From Squalus acanthias (taxonomy: Eukaryota), in contig CM059433.1 of assembly GCA_030390025.1 (NCBI GenBank), positions 27,468,001 to 27,532,000 on the forward strand: a stretch of 64,000 bases of DNA, given 5' to 3'. The position numbers were made by a program, and so were the translations under genes. Under the pieces are notes generated by a model. That model ran no database searches. It had not been told where the DNA came from and worked only from the letters and a program-made list of their open reading frames with translations. Of the stretch, positions 36,942-48,121 are shown piece after piece. How positions within the stretch are numbered: the stretch's first letter is position 1; each line of letters starts with the position of its first letter.

Positions 36942-38075
36942 TTTCAAATAAAACTGTTGGACTATAACCTGGTGTTGTGCGACCTCTCAATTTTGTCCAC
37001 CCCAGTCCAACACCGGCATCTCCGCTTCATAAATAGAGGCATAGAGTACAAAAGCAAGGAAGTTATGATGAACCTTTATAAAACACTGGTTCGGCCTCAA
37101 CTGGAGTATTGTGTCCAATTCTGTGCACCACACTTTAGGAAGGATGTGAAGGCCTTAGAGAGGTTGCAGAAAAGATTTACAAGAATGGGTCCAGGGATGA
37201 GGGACTTCAGTTACGTGGATAGACTGGAGAAGCTGGGGTTGTTCTCCTTGGAGCAGGGAAGGTAGAGAGGAGATTTGATAGAGGTGTTCAAAATCATGAG
37301 GGGTCTAGACAGAGTAGATAGTGAGAAACTGTTCCCATTGGCAGAAGGGTCGCGAACCAGAGGACACAGATTTAAGGTAATTGGCAGAAGAACCAAAGGC
37401 GACATGAATAAAACTTTTTTATGCAGCGAGTGGTTAGGATCTGGAATGCACTGCCTGAAAGGGTGGTGGAGGCAGATTCAATTGTGGCTTTCAAAAGGGA
37501 TTGGATAAGTTCCTGAAGGAAAAAAATTTGCAGGGCTACGGGGAAAGGGCGGGGGAGTGGGACTAGCTGAAGTGCTCTTGCAGAGAGCCAGGCACAGGCT
37601 CGACGGGCCGAATGGCCTCCTTCTGTGCTGTAACCATTCTATGATTCTGTGATTTAGGACAACACTCCATTGTTGCATTTCAGAATGTTTATTTATCAAA
37701 ATCCTAACATTAGAATATTAATATTTGATGTATTCTTATATTGCCACTGACTTTATCTTAATTTGTAACTTCACAGAAACATTCTGGGAGGCCATGCACA
37801 TTGTGCTTTTTAAAAATAGAAACCTCTGTCAAACCCAGTACAAAGAAATAAACACCAAAAGAATGAATAATTACCAGTGTTGGAGTCCATGTTAAAAATT
37901 ATTTCAAGCTGGTTACACTTACACAGCTTTACTGTTGTTTACATAGTGAAGTTCTCATCAGATTGCTTTTGAATCCAAATATTTTAGCAGGTATTTGAAA
38001 AGAGGATTCATGCAAAAAGTAGTTAAATATACTTATTTATTTGGTTGCTTCTAACAGTCTTTATTTTCTTGTTAT

Positions 38076-38323
38076 TTACACATACTCTTCCTGATCAATG
38101 AAATTCTGTGGAAGTGGGACGCGTTGTGGCTGAGGGCGTTGATTTTCAGTGTTAGGAGCTGGTGCACTATAAACACCATTCCAGTCACACCCTGTTCCGC
38201 TACACACACCTGGAGTTCCTCTGTGTCCTTGATGTCCTCTTAAGCCTCGTTGCCCCATGTGACCTCGTGGACCTTGCTGCCCTGGTTGTCCGGGTATGCT
38301 TGATCCAGACTTTCCACGCTCAC
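38076..38323 (-). CDS. FACIT-type collagen, last coding exon (end of COL1 helix, Cys-X4-Cys, NC1 tail)
   Basis: Acceptor AG at 38324-38325 (rc), phase 1. (G)ERGKSGSSIPGQPGQQGPRGHMGQRGLRGHQGHRGTPGVCSGTGC...EEYV*. AATAAA (rc) at 38060-38065 and 37688-37693. Confidence 0.9.
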
Positions 38324-38407
38324 CTATATGGTTAGCAACAAAAAGAATTTTAAAAAACGCACAACCACTATTAAAATGCACATTAACAAATCTATGATAC
38401 ACCTTAC

Positions 38408-38485
38408 CTCTTGAGCCTTGTGCTCCAATAAATCCAGGGAGTCCAACACCTTGCGAACCTTGGTCACCTGTGTCTCCATGTTCAC
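38408..38485 (-). CDS. FACIT-type collagen, penultimate coding exon (78 nt)
   Basis: Acceptor tcatttcag|GT and donor G|gtaagg, phase 1-1. (G)EHGDTGDQGSQGVGLPGFIGAQGSR(G) contains a GXG imperfection. Confidence 0.9.
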
Positions 38486-38817
38486 CTGAAATGAGAAATG
38501 CAGCAAAATGTGAAACACTTTGCAAGAATTCTTTTGCCACAAACACTTTAGTTAATATGGGGTCAACAAACAGCAGACATCTTCCCTGTTCTTACAGGTT
38601 CTAAATAGGTTTCACAATATTATAAGTAGTCCATCCCTTTGATTGAACAAGTGAATAAGCAACACAACATTTCTTCCAACTGCTGATAGCTCCAAAGAAG
38701 ATTCAATGACAAAACGTTCCAACATGTGGCAGACATCTTATAACAAAATATTTTCTAATATTGTGCATGTTTTCTGTGATTTAACAATCAACAAAAATGT
38801 AACACGATTACATAACG

Positions 38818-39175
38818 TATAGGAACACAGGACAGCACAGAAGCAGCAAAGACTGCAACCCATCGGCTGGTCCCAAAAACTGATACCTCTCCATCAAAAA
38901 TCTATCCAATTCTCTCTTAAATTTTTCCACTCTACCTGGCTCCCTCGACAGCCCATTTACAATCCTCGCCACTCTTTGCATATAAAGTAGTTAAATCACA
39001 ACTGTCATGTGTTTCTAGACTTTGTGACAATCTTAAAGATATCCAAGCTGAATTTACCTATTCCCTTAAGAATTTTGATTTCTTGAACACCCTCCCCCTT
39101 TTCTCTTCTCCAGAGTAAACAGTCCTAGGGCTCTCATCCTAGCTCAGATGCCTTAAGCTAGGTATCAATTTAGTT
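38818..39175 (-). mobile_element. Very old CR1 3' fragment
   Basis: Degraded TAGGAACA tail, CTATCCAATTCTCTCTTAAA, and TTCTCTTCTCCAGAGTAAACAGTCC. Confidence 0.5.
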
Positions 39176-40342
39176 GCTATTTTCTGTGCATATTGGCCCA
39201 GATGCAGAAAGCATTCTACTTGTATGGATGGGATATCTGGTGAGCCAGAAACTCTTAAAAGGGCTGCTACTCACATTTAAAAGGAGCTTCGCTGAAGACC
39301 TAGAATATAGCATTGAAGTGACAGAAGAAAGAAGGGTAGAAAGCAAAGGTACAGGAAGCCCCTTTTGAAGAAGTTGGCTTTTAGGTGTTTCTCCAAGAGG
39401 TTCAGCAAAGGAGGGGTGCTCTTTTAAAACCTGAGGGCAGATCTCCTATTAGAAGCTGTGTTAGGAATGCCTGGGTGGAAGTAGGTGAGTGAATGAATGC
39501 AGTCGCCCATATTCATATGTTGTGAGAGCAAATATGGAGTTTTCAGACTCTGGAAAAATGCCATGATAGGAATATCCAGAATTTGTCTACTCTATGTAGC
39601 CACAGGATGCATGCATAAGCTGTTTTCTCTCAACCTGTTGCAACTGAGGTAGTATGCAAAGCACTCAGGCAGGCTTTCAATTCTTAAACACATAAACATG
39701 CATGTCCGTTTTACTGTTGGGCAGTCGTAGAAGCATGTTTCAGTGCCAGCAACAAATATCATATTTAAATCTTGTAAGTTAGGACTGCAAGCACACTGCC
39801 CACTGAAGCTACTTGCATGCACACAAAGTGGCATAGGAACATAGGAATAGGAATAGGCCATTTAACCCCTTAAGCCTGTTCTGCCATTCAGTGAGATTAT
39901 GGCAGATCTGTGACCTAACTCCATATATCCGCCTTTGCCCCATATCCCTTAATACCTTTGGTTAACAGGAAGCTATCAATCTAAGATTTAAAATTAACAA
40001 TTGACCTAGCATTAACTGTCATTTGTGGAGAGAGTTCCAAATTTCTACCACCCTTTGTAGAAGTGTTTGCTAACTTCACTCCTGAAAGGCCTGGCTCTAA
40101 TTTTTAGGCTATGTCCCCAACCAGTGGAAATAGTTTCTCACTATCTACCCTATCAGTTCCCCTTAATATCTTGAGAACATTGATCAAATCACCCCTTAAT
40201 CTTGTAAATTCCAGGGAATACAACCCTAGTTTGTGTAAACTCTCTTGTAATTTAACCCTTGAGTCCAGGTATCATTCTAGTAAGTCTATGCTGCACTTCC
40301 TCCAAGGTGTGGTGCCCAAACTGAACATAGTACTCCAAGTGT

Positions 40343-43300
40343 TTTTAAAATTTATTCCTGGATATGGGCGTCGCTGGCAAGGCCAGCATTTATTGCCCAT
40401 CCATAATTGCCCTTGAGAAGGTGGTGGTGAGCCACCTTCTTGAATTGCTGCAGTCCTTGTGGTGAAGGTACTCCCAAAGTGCTGTTAAGGAGGGAGTTCC
40501 GAGATTTTGACCCAGCGACGATGAAGGAACAGCGATATATTTCCAACTCAGGATGGTGTGTGACTTGGAGGGGAACTTGGAGATGATGGTGTTCCCATGC
40601 GCCTGCTGCCCTTGTCCTTCGAGGTGGTAGAGGTCGCGGGTTTGGGAGGTGCTGTCGAAGAAGCCTTGGCGAGTCGCTGCAGTGCATCTTGTAGATGGTA
40701 CACACTGCAGCCACGGTGCGTCACTGGTGGAGGGAATGAATGTTTAAGGTGGTGGATGGGGTGCCAATCAAGCGGGCTGCTTTGTCCTGGATGGTGTCGA
40801 GCTTCTTGAGTGTTGTTGGAGCTGCACTCATCCAGGCAAGTGGAGAGTATTCCATCACACTCCTGACCTGTGACTTGCAGATTGTGTAAAGGTTTTGGGG
40901 AGTCAGGAGGTGAGACACTCGCCGCAGAATACCCAACCTTTGATGTTGATGGTGGGGGATTCGGCGATGGTAATGCTGTTGAATGTCAAGGGGCGGTGGT
41001 TAGGCTCTCTCTTGATGGAGATGGTCATTGACTGGCATTTGTGTGGCGCAAATGTTACTTGCTACTTATCAGCTCAAGCCTGAATGTGGTCCAGGTCTTG
41101 CTGCATGCTTCATTATCTGAGGAGTTGCAAATGGAACTGAACACTGTGCAATCATCAGCAAACTTCTCACTTCTGACCTTATGATGGAGGGATGGAGGAA
41201 GGGTCATTAATGAAGCAACTAAAGATGATTGGGCCTTGGACACTGCCCTGAGGAACTCCTGCAGTGATGTCTTGGGGCTGAAATGATTGGTCGCCAACAA
41301 CCACAACCATCTTCCGTTGTGCTAGGTATGACTCCAGCCAGTGGAGAGTTTTCCCCCCGGTTTCCCATTGACTTCAATTTTACTAGGGCTCCTTGATGCC
41401 ACACCCGGTAAAATTCTGCCTTGATGTCAAGAGCAATCACTCACCTCGAGAATTTAGCTCTTGTGTCCATGTTTGGACAAAGGCTGCAATGAGATCTGGA
41501 GCCGAGTGGTCCTGGCGGAACCCAAACTGAGCATCGGTGAGCAGGTTATTGGTGAGTAAGTGCCGCTTGATAGCACTGTCGATGACACCTTCCATCACTT
41601 TGCTGATGATTGACAGTAGACTGATGGAGCGGTAATTGGAGGGATTGGATTTGTCCTGCTTTTTGTGGACAGGATATACCTGCGCAGTTTTCCTCATTGT
41701 CGGGTAGATGCCAGTGTTGTAGCTGTACTGGAACAGCTTGGCTAGAGGCGTGGCTAGTTCTAGAGCAATAGTCTTCAGCACGACAGCTGGGATGTTTGCG
41801 GGGCCCATAGCCTTTGCTGTATCCAGTGCGCTCGGCCATTTCTTGATATCACGTGGAGTGAATCGAATTGGCTGAAGACTGGCTTCTGTGATGGTGGGTA
41901 CCTCAGGAGGAGGCCAAGATGGATCATCCACTCGGCACTTCTGGCTGAAGATGATTGCAAACGCTTCAGCCTTATATTTTGTGCTCGCGTACTGGGCTTC
42001 ACCATCATTGAGGATGTGGAGGTTCATGGAGCCTCCTCCTCCCGTTAGTTGTTTAATTGTCCACCACCATTCACAACTGGATGTGGCAGGACTGCTGAGC
42101 TTTGATCTGATCAGTTGTTTGAGGGATCGCTTAGTTCTGTCTATAGCATGCTGCTTCCGCTGTTTAGCATGCACGTAGTCCAGTGTTGCAGCTTCCCTAG
42201 TTTGGCACCTCATTTTTAGCCTGTTGCTGCTCCTGGCATGCTCTTCTACACTCCTCATTGAACCAGAGATGGTCCCCTGGCTTGATGGTAATGGTAGAGT
42301 GAGGAATATGCCTAACCATGAGGTTACAGACTGTGGTTGAATACAATTCTTCTGCTGCTGATGGCCCGCAGCACCTCATGGATGCCCAGTTTTGAGCTGC
42401 TAGATCTGTTCTCAATCTATCCCATGTAGCACGGTAATAATGCCACACAACACGATGGAGGGTGTCCTCTGTGTGAAGACGGGACTTCGTCTTCACAAGG
42501 ACTGTGCGGTGGTCACTGTTACCAGTACTGTCATGGACAGATGCATCTGTGACCTGGTGAGGATGAGGTCAAGTAGGTTGTTCCCCTCGTTTTGGTTCTC
42601 TCACCACCTACCACAGGCCCAGTCTGGTAGTTATGTCCTTCAGGACTTGGCCAGCTAAGTCAGTAGTGCTGCTACCGAGCCACTCTTGGTGATGGACTTT
42701 GAAGGCCCCCACAAAGTGTACATTCTCTGCCCTTTGGCTACCCTCAGTGCTTCTTCCAAGTGGTGTTCACCATGGAGAATTTATCAGCTGAGGGAGGGCG
42801 GTAGGTGTTAATCAGCAGGAGGTTTCCTTTCCCATGCTTGACCTGAAGCAATGATGACTACTCCCAGTGCCACTCCCTCCCGTATGCCACTGTGCCACCA
42901 CCTCTGATGGGTCTGTCTTGCCGGTGGGACAGGACAGGGATGGTGATGGGGTCTGGGACATTGGCTGAAGACATTGTCTGTGAGTATGACTATGTCAGGC
43001 TGTTGCTTGACTAGTCTGTGGGACAGCTCTCCCAATTTTGGCACAAGTCTCCAGATTTTGGTGAGGAGGACCTTGCAGGGTCGACTGGGCTGGGTGTGCC
43101 TTTGTCATGTCCAAAGCCAGTGCCTAGGTCGATGCTGGGTGGTCCGTGTGGTTTTATTCTTATTATTGTTTTTCATAGCGGTTTGCTACAACTGAGTGGC
43201 TTGCTAGGCCATTTCAGAGGGCAGTTAAGAGTCAACCACGTTGCTGTGGGTCTGGAGTCACATATAGGGACGCAGATTTCCTTCCCTAAAGGACATTAGT

Positions 43301-43461
43301 GAACCAGATTTTTTTTACGACAATCCGGTAGTTTCATGGTCACCATTACTGATACTAGCTTTTTATTGCAGATTTATTTAATTAACTGCATTTAAATTCC
43401 CCAGATCATTAGTCTAGGCCTCTGGATTACTAGTCCATAACCACTATGCTACTGTACCGTT
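40343..43461 (-). mobile_element. Second APE-RT LINE family, apparently full length, single ORF, degenerate
   Basis: From LVPKLGELSHRLVKQQPDIVIL (APE start) through NYRSISLL, QFGFR, KFADD and KLDTIQDKAARLI to a 3' end with AATAAA. Flanked by AAGTGT/AGGTGT (40337-40342, 43462-43467). Confidence 0.87.
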
Positions 43462-44639
43462 AGGTGTGGTCTAACCAGGGCTTTGCATAGCTGTAGCATG
43501 ACTTCTAACCCCTTGCATTCTAGTCCTTTGATATAAAGGCCAGCATTCCATTAGCTGTTTTGATTATTTTTGTACATATCCATGACATTTTAATGATCTA
43601 TGTACATGGACCCCTAAATCTCTTTGGACTTCCACTGCTTCTAGCTTTTCACTATTTAGAAAGTACTCTGATCTATCCTTTTAGGTCCAAAGTGGATGAC
43701 CTCACACTTGCCTATATTGAAATCCATTTGCCACAGTTTTGCCCATTCACTTAATCTATTAATATCTCTTTGTAATTTTATGCTTCCATCTACACTACCT
43801 ACAATGCTGCCTATCTTTGTGCCATAGGCAAACTTGGATATGTGGCTCCCTATCCCATCATCTAAGCCGTTAATAAATACAGTGAATAGTTGAGACCCAA
43901 CACAGATCCCTGTGGGACACCACTAGTCACATCCTGCCAATTACAGTACCTGCCCGTTGTCCCTACTCTCTGTCTCCTGCTGCTCAGCCAATCTCTTAAC
44001 CAGGTCAATAGACATTCCTCTGTCCACTACTTTAGTCACCTCTTCAAAAAATTCAATCAGGTTCGTCAAGCATGACCTACCCTTTACAAACCCATGCTGG
44101 CTCTCAGATCAGCTGAAAATTTTCAAGGTGTTCAGTCACTCCATCCTTAATTATAGACTCTAGTAATTTCCTGACAACAGATGTTAGGCTAAATGATCTA
44201 TAATTTCCTCTCTCAACTATCTTAAATTGCAGAGTGACATCTGCAATTTTCCAATATAAAAGAACGGTTCCTGAATCGAGAGAACTTTGGAAGATCATAG
44301 TGAGGGCATCTGCAATGTACTCACCTACTTCCTTTAAAACCCTGGGATGAAAAACATCTGGGGCTGGATTTTGATACTGGGGCGGGTTGGGGTCGTGTCA
44401 TCCGCATTTCGTGTTGCCCACCCGACTCTAGATTAATGTGGATGAATGATGCGATTTTAACTTAATTGGCCAATTGAGTTCCAACGTGTGGGAACCCATG
44501 GTCAATGAGTTATTCCAGTCTGAAAGTCGCTTCCGATGATGTCATCATTGCTGCTGAATTTAAGGTCTGCAACAAGCCTTGCTTCTTCTGCAGGCTGCCA
44601 AGCTTTTGGACCTCTATTCTAAAGGCAACTGCAGCAGGA

Positions 44640-44879
44640 ATGGCCAGCCAACGACCCAGGTCTGCTCCCAGGTTCGATGACGTTGCCCTGCAAGCTTTGG
44701 TGGATGGAGCAAGAGCCAACAGGGAGGTGCTCTTCCCCTCCTCAGGGAGGAAGAAGCCTCCCCAGCAGACCAAGGCTGTGTGGGTCCAGATCGCCCAGGA
44801 GGTCAACTCCTTATCATTCAACTGCAGAACCTGGATCCAGTGCAGGAAGAGGTTTCATGACCTTCTACGTACTGCAAAA
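44640..44879 (+). CDS. H7 Myb/SANT-like protein, exon 1 (80 codons)
   Basis: ATG at 44640; RSAPRFDDVALQALVDG..REVLFP...WVQIAQEVN...RTWIQCRKRFHDL; donor AAA|GTGAGT. Confidence 0.9.
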
Positions 44880-45222
44880 GTGAGTATGACTTTCCCTTCA
44901 CCCTCAATCTGATCCCCATTGCCTCTCCTCACCAGCACTCAGCTTTAGCAACCTCTTCCTCCATATCCCACTTGACACTGACATCCATGCACCCTTACCC
45001 ATTCCCTCTCCCTCTATGGTCACATTCACCTGACTATTCGACTATGCAACCCTCACACTACCTATCACTGTCATGCTTTCAAAACAACTTACAACACACA
45101 GGGAGGGCCCTTAGTCTCGCCACCTCAATCCATCTTTGTCTCCTTCTAAGCATCTATGCTATGGATTCTCTACACTCACTCCTTCAATCTCACTCAAACT
45201 CCACTTGTCTCCCTCATTGCAG

Positions 45223-45382
45223 GAAAAGAGAGCTCACAATAAAAGGGAAAGAGCCAGGACAGGAGGAGGGCTACCCTCATTAGCCCAGCTCACCCCCTGG
45301 GAGGATACGGTCCTGGAGATCGTTGGAGTAGAGGAGGATACGCAAGTGGGGGACGGACAGACGGGTGCATCACAGCAAGCTG
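45223..45382 (+). CDS. H7 Myb/SANT-like protein, exon 2
   Basis: Acceptor cattgcag|GAA (phase 0); EKRAHNKRERARTGGG...LTPWEDTVLEIVG; donor G|gtgaca (phase 1). Confidence 0.82.
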
Positions 45383-45538
45383 GTGACAGAATAGTGTTCC
45401 ATCTCTCTCATTGACATTGCATGAGTCGCTGATAATGAATCTGAAGCTCTAACAGATGGATTTATGATCATCTGCAATATGCAATGTGCATGTAACCTTG
45501 GCATCACATCTCTGACTCTTTCCTTTACTCCCCCACAG

Positions 45539-46613
45539 GACCATCGCAAGCACCCGTCCCCAATAGCCAGGAGGAAGAGCCTGAGCAGACAGACTCCTCA
45601 GAGGAAGCTGCAACTTCAGAGGGCGCAGCGTCAGCAGAACTCAGCGCACCCAGCACCAGCGCAGACACTCACACCTCGGTGGGACCCTCGGGACATAGAG
45701 TAGTGTTGTCACCTGGTGTATCACAGCTCACAAGTGAGCATCAGCAGATGGTGGAGACAGGGACAGCAGTGGAGAGTCCTAGTCGGAGGGCGCAGGACTC
45801 TCCTAGCTCGGCTCAGCTTCATGTCGACCCTCTGCCTCTGGGTCCATCCATAAGTCCATAAGATCAGCGGTGCTGGGACTCCAGGAACAGATGCAGGAGT
45901 CTCTGACAGGTTTTGTCTCCAGGATCGCTGCAAGTGTGGAGCGAATGAAGGAGTCCATAGCGAACATGAGCAGAGCCTTTGTGGAGTCATTGACGCATGA
46001 ACGCATCACCACGGAAAGGATGGCAACCTCCGTGGAAAGGATGGCTACAGTAGAGGAGAGGATGGCTACGGCTATGGAGGAGATAAGTCGCCAGAGTGTA
46101 GAAAACATGGTCATTGTTCAGAATAGACTGGCATCTCTTGAGGAGCGATGGTCATCTATTGAACAGAGAAACCAGAACTTCATGGAAGCCCTTCTGAGTA
46201 GGACTTCCAGTGCAGATACGGGTCCCCATGGCCCCCCTGATGTGCAGCAAGGTGCTCTCAATCCACTTGCAAGTGCTGAGGTAGACCTGACCCATGAGAG
46301 GGATGTTGGTGACAGACAACAAGGAGGTGGGGGCTCCTCTCCAAGCGTTCACACTTCCATGCCACTGACATGTCCTCGGTCAGAGCCCCACCAGAGTCCG
46401 TACCCAACTGAGATCGGCGTCTCAACCCCTGCCCAGCCGCAGGAGCAGCAGACTGTTGCCGAGTCCTCGCAGGTTCGCTACCCCAGAGGACGCCCGCCAA
46501 AGGTGTCGAGACAGGAACAGCAACAAACTGAGCAGGGGGCCTCCACTTCTGCTGAAGCCACAGGGGAAGCACCACATAGGAGCACGCGTAAGAGAAAGAA
46601 ACTGCACAAATAG
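45539..46613 (+). pseudogene. H7 Myb/SANT-like protein, exon 3 (disordered region, coiled coil, basic tail), frameshifted by an 8-bp duplication
   Basis: Acceptor ccccacag|GA. The frame is open to TAA at 45859-45861 inside TCCATAAG-TCCATAAG; removing one copy joins ORF 45870-46613, ending RKRKKLHK*. AATAAA at 46681. Confidence 0.8.
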
Positions 46614-46870
46614 TCACAAGGGCAGTCACTTGGGTGAATTTTGATGTTTAATCTGAAAAAGCCATCAGGTGTAAAGTGTAAATAAAAACTCTGATGGCTA
46701 CAGCTGCAGTTGTGGCGTCTGTCATTTCGCTAATGGGACTTCCACAATGAGGCCTTAGGATAACTTGCAATTGTCAGTATGGTGGTCACATTGTTAGGGA
46801 TCCGCTGGGTCTGGGCCATTGTCGTAGCTCTGGTAAGAAGCTGCGAGGCAAAAGTGCTTGCTTGTCTAGG

Positions 46871-48121
46871 CTAAGCAAATCTGGCCAAGATGAGTGCGTT
46901 CCTTGCATTCCGGGCAGCCATGGTCTTGCGTAATGCTGCCGTTGGTTGAGGGGCCTCTGCAAGTTGTTCGTTCTCTCTCTCCTCCTCCTCCTCCTCCTCC
47001 TCCTCATCTGAGGAGGCTATGTGAGGAGCTACTTGGTCCTCCAGCATCTGCAAGCCACGACGCTGTGCCATGTTGTGAAGTGCACAGCAAACCACGACGA
47101 TTCTGGAGACCCTGGCTGCTGAGTATTGCAGGGCTCCACCTGATCTATCCAGGCATCTGAAGCGCATCTTCAGCATACCGATGGTTTGCTCGATTATGGC
47201 TCTGGTGGAAATGTGGCTGGAGTTGTAGCTCTCCTCAGCTGCGTTGGATGGGCTCCTCAACGGCGTCATTAGCCACGTCTTCAGGGGATAGCCCTTGTCT
47301 CCAAGTAGCCATCCATGAAGTTGGTCTGGCGGACTGAATAGCAGAGGCACACTAGACTGGCGCAGTATGAAGGAGTCATGGCAACTGCCAGGGTACTTGG
47401 CACAAACATGCAGAACTTCCTTCTTGTGGTCACACACCAGCTGAACGTTGAGGGAGTGGAAGCCCTTGCGGTTGACAAAAATACCTGGATTGCGATGGGG
47501 TGCCTTAAGGGCCACATGTGTGCAGTCAACGACGCCCTGCACCCTTGGAAAGCCTGCCAGATTAGCTAATCCAACCGCATGCGCCGTGACACTTGCTCGA
47601 TCCTTGGTGAAATGGATGTGATTGTGCGCGATGGCAAAGAGGGCATCGGTTACCTGCGTGATGCAGGTGTGTGCGGCCGCCTGGGAGATGCCGCTGATGT
47701 CTGCTGCTGATCCCTGGAATGAGCCTGAGGCAAAAAAGTTGAGTGCGGTGGTGACTTTGACGGCCACTGGTAAGGGGCGTCCACCTGGTCCTCTGGGCTC
47801 CAGGTCTTGTTGCAGCATTGCGCAGATGTCACCCACTACCTCTCGCGAAAGTCGGAGCCGCCTTTGGCACTGCTGCTCAGACATGTTGAGGTAGCTGATC
47901 CTCTGTCTGTAGATCCTGTTTGGGGGGTATCTCCTGCGCCGACGGCCTTCCATGCGCTGGCACCTTCTGGCCTGTGCAGCTTCAGGCGGGTGAGCAGCAG
48001 CTTGGCGCTCCTGCTGTTGCTGCTGCTGTTGGTGCTGCTGTTGTTCATGGTTCTGCTGGTGCCGCGGCTGTTGTTCATCCTCATCGGATGCCCAGGAGGG
48101 AAGGAAATAAACGGCTCCCAT
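46871..48121 (-). CDS. Harbinger (HARBI1-like) DDE transposase, intact, 416 aa from the first ATG
   Basis: [66 protein letters not shown]. The track start at 48157 is TTG; MGAV at 48121 matches the MGAV start in H10. Confidence 0.95.
   Translation of the reverse strand: MGAVYFLPSWASDEDEQQPRHQQNHEQQQHQQQQQQQERQAAAHPPEAAQARRCQRMEGRRRRRYPPNRIYRQRISYLNMSEQQCQRRLRLSREVVGDICAMLQQDLEPRGPGGRPLPVAVKVTTALNFFASGSFQGSAADISGISQAAAHTCITQVTDALFAIAHNHIHFTKDRASVTAHAVGLANLAGFPRVQGVVDCTHVALKAPHRNPGIFVNRKGFHSLNVQLVCDHKKEVLHVCAKYPGSCHDSFILRQSSVPLLFSPPDQLHGWLLGDKGYPLKTWLMTPLRSPSNAAEESYNSSHISTRAIIEQTIGMLKMRFRCLDRSGGALQYSAARVSRIVVVCCALHNMAQRRGLQMLEDQVAPHIASSDEEEEEEEEERENEQLAEAPQPTAALRKTMAARNARNALILARFA

Larger units (their letters stand above)
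35884..36991. repeat. 461-bp inverted repeat (35884-36344 / 36531-36991) with a 186-bp spacer
   Basis: Arms pair with a constant coordinate sum of 72875 at both ends and at the ribozyme motif; at least two substitutions seen. Confidence 0.95.
35884..37023 (+). mobile_element. Penelope-like element with an inverted pseudo-LTR
   Basis: 14-bp [17 protein letters not shown] (35870-35883, 37024-37037); GIY-YIG C-terminus from 36345 (HRATIARQNCYLPVGEHF...EDGLNRDLGF); inverted arms; 32-bp 3' tail. Confidence 0.93.
31511..37654 (+). mobile_element. Degenerate CR1 (ORF2 with stops), interrupted by a second LINE and a Penelope element
   Basis: IMGDFNYPNIDW..QYISGPTRKE (31511-31732) resumes at 34173 (LLDLV). 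RT motifs run to 35883 and resume at 37024 (INRGIEYKSKEV). The ATTCTATG-type tail ends at 37654. Confidence 0.9.

Noticed and set aside
38076..38546. 156-aa single-exon collagen ORF as given in the track
   Set aside because: It reads through an 84-bp GT-AG intron and upstream intron sequence; annotated as separate exons instead.
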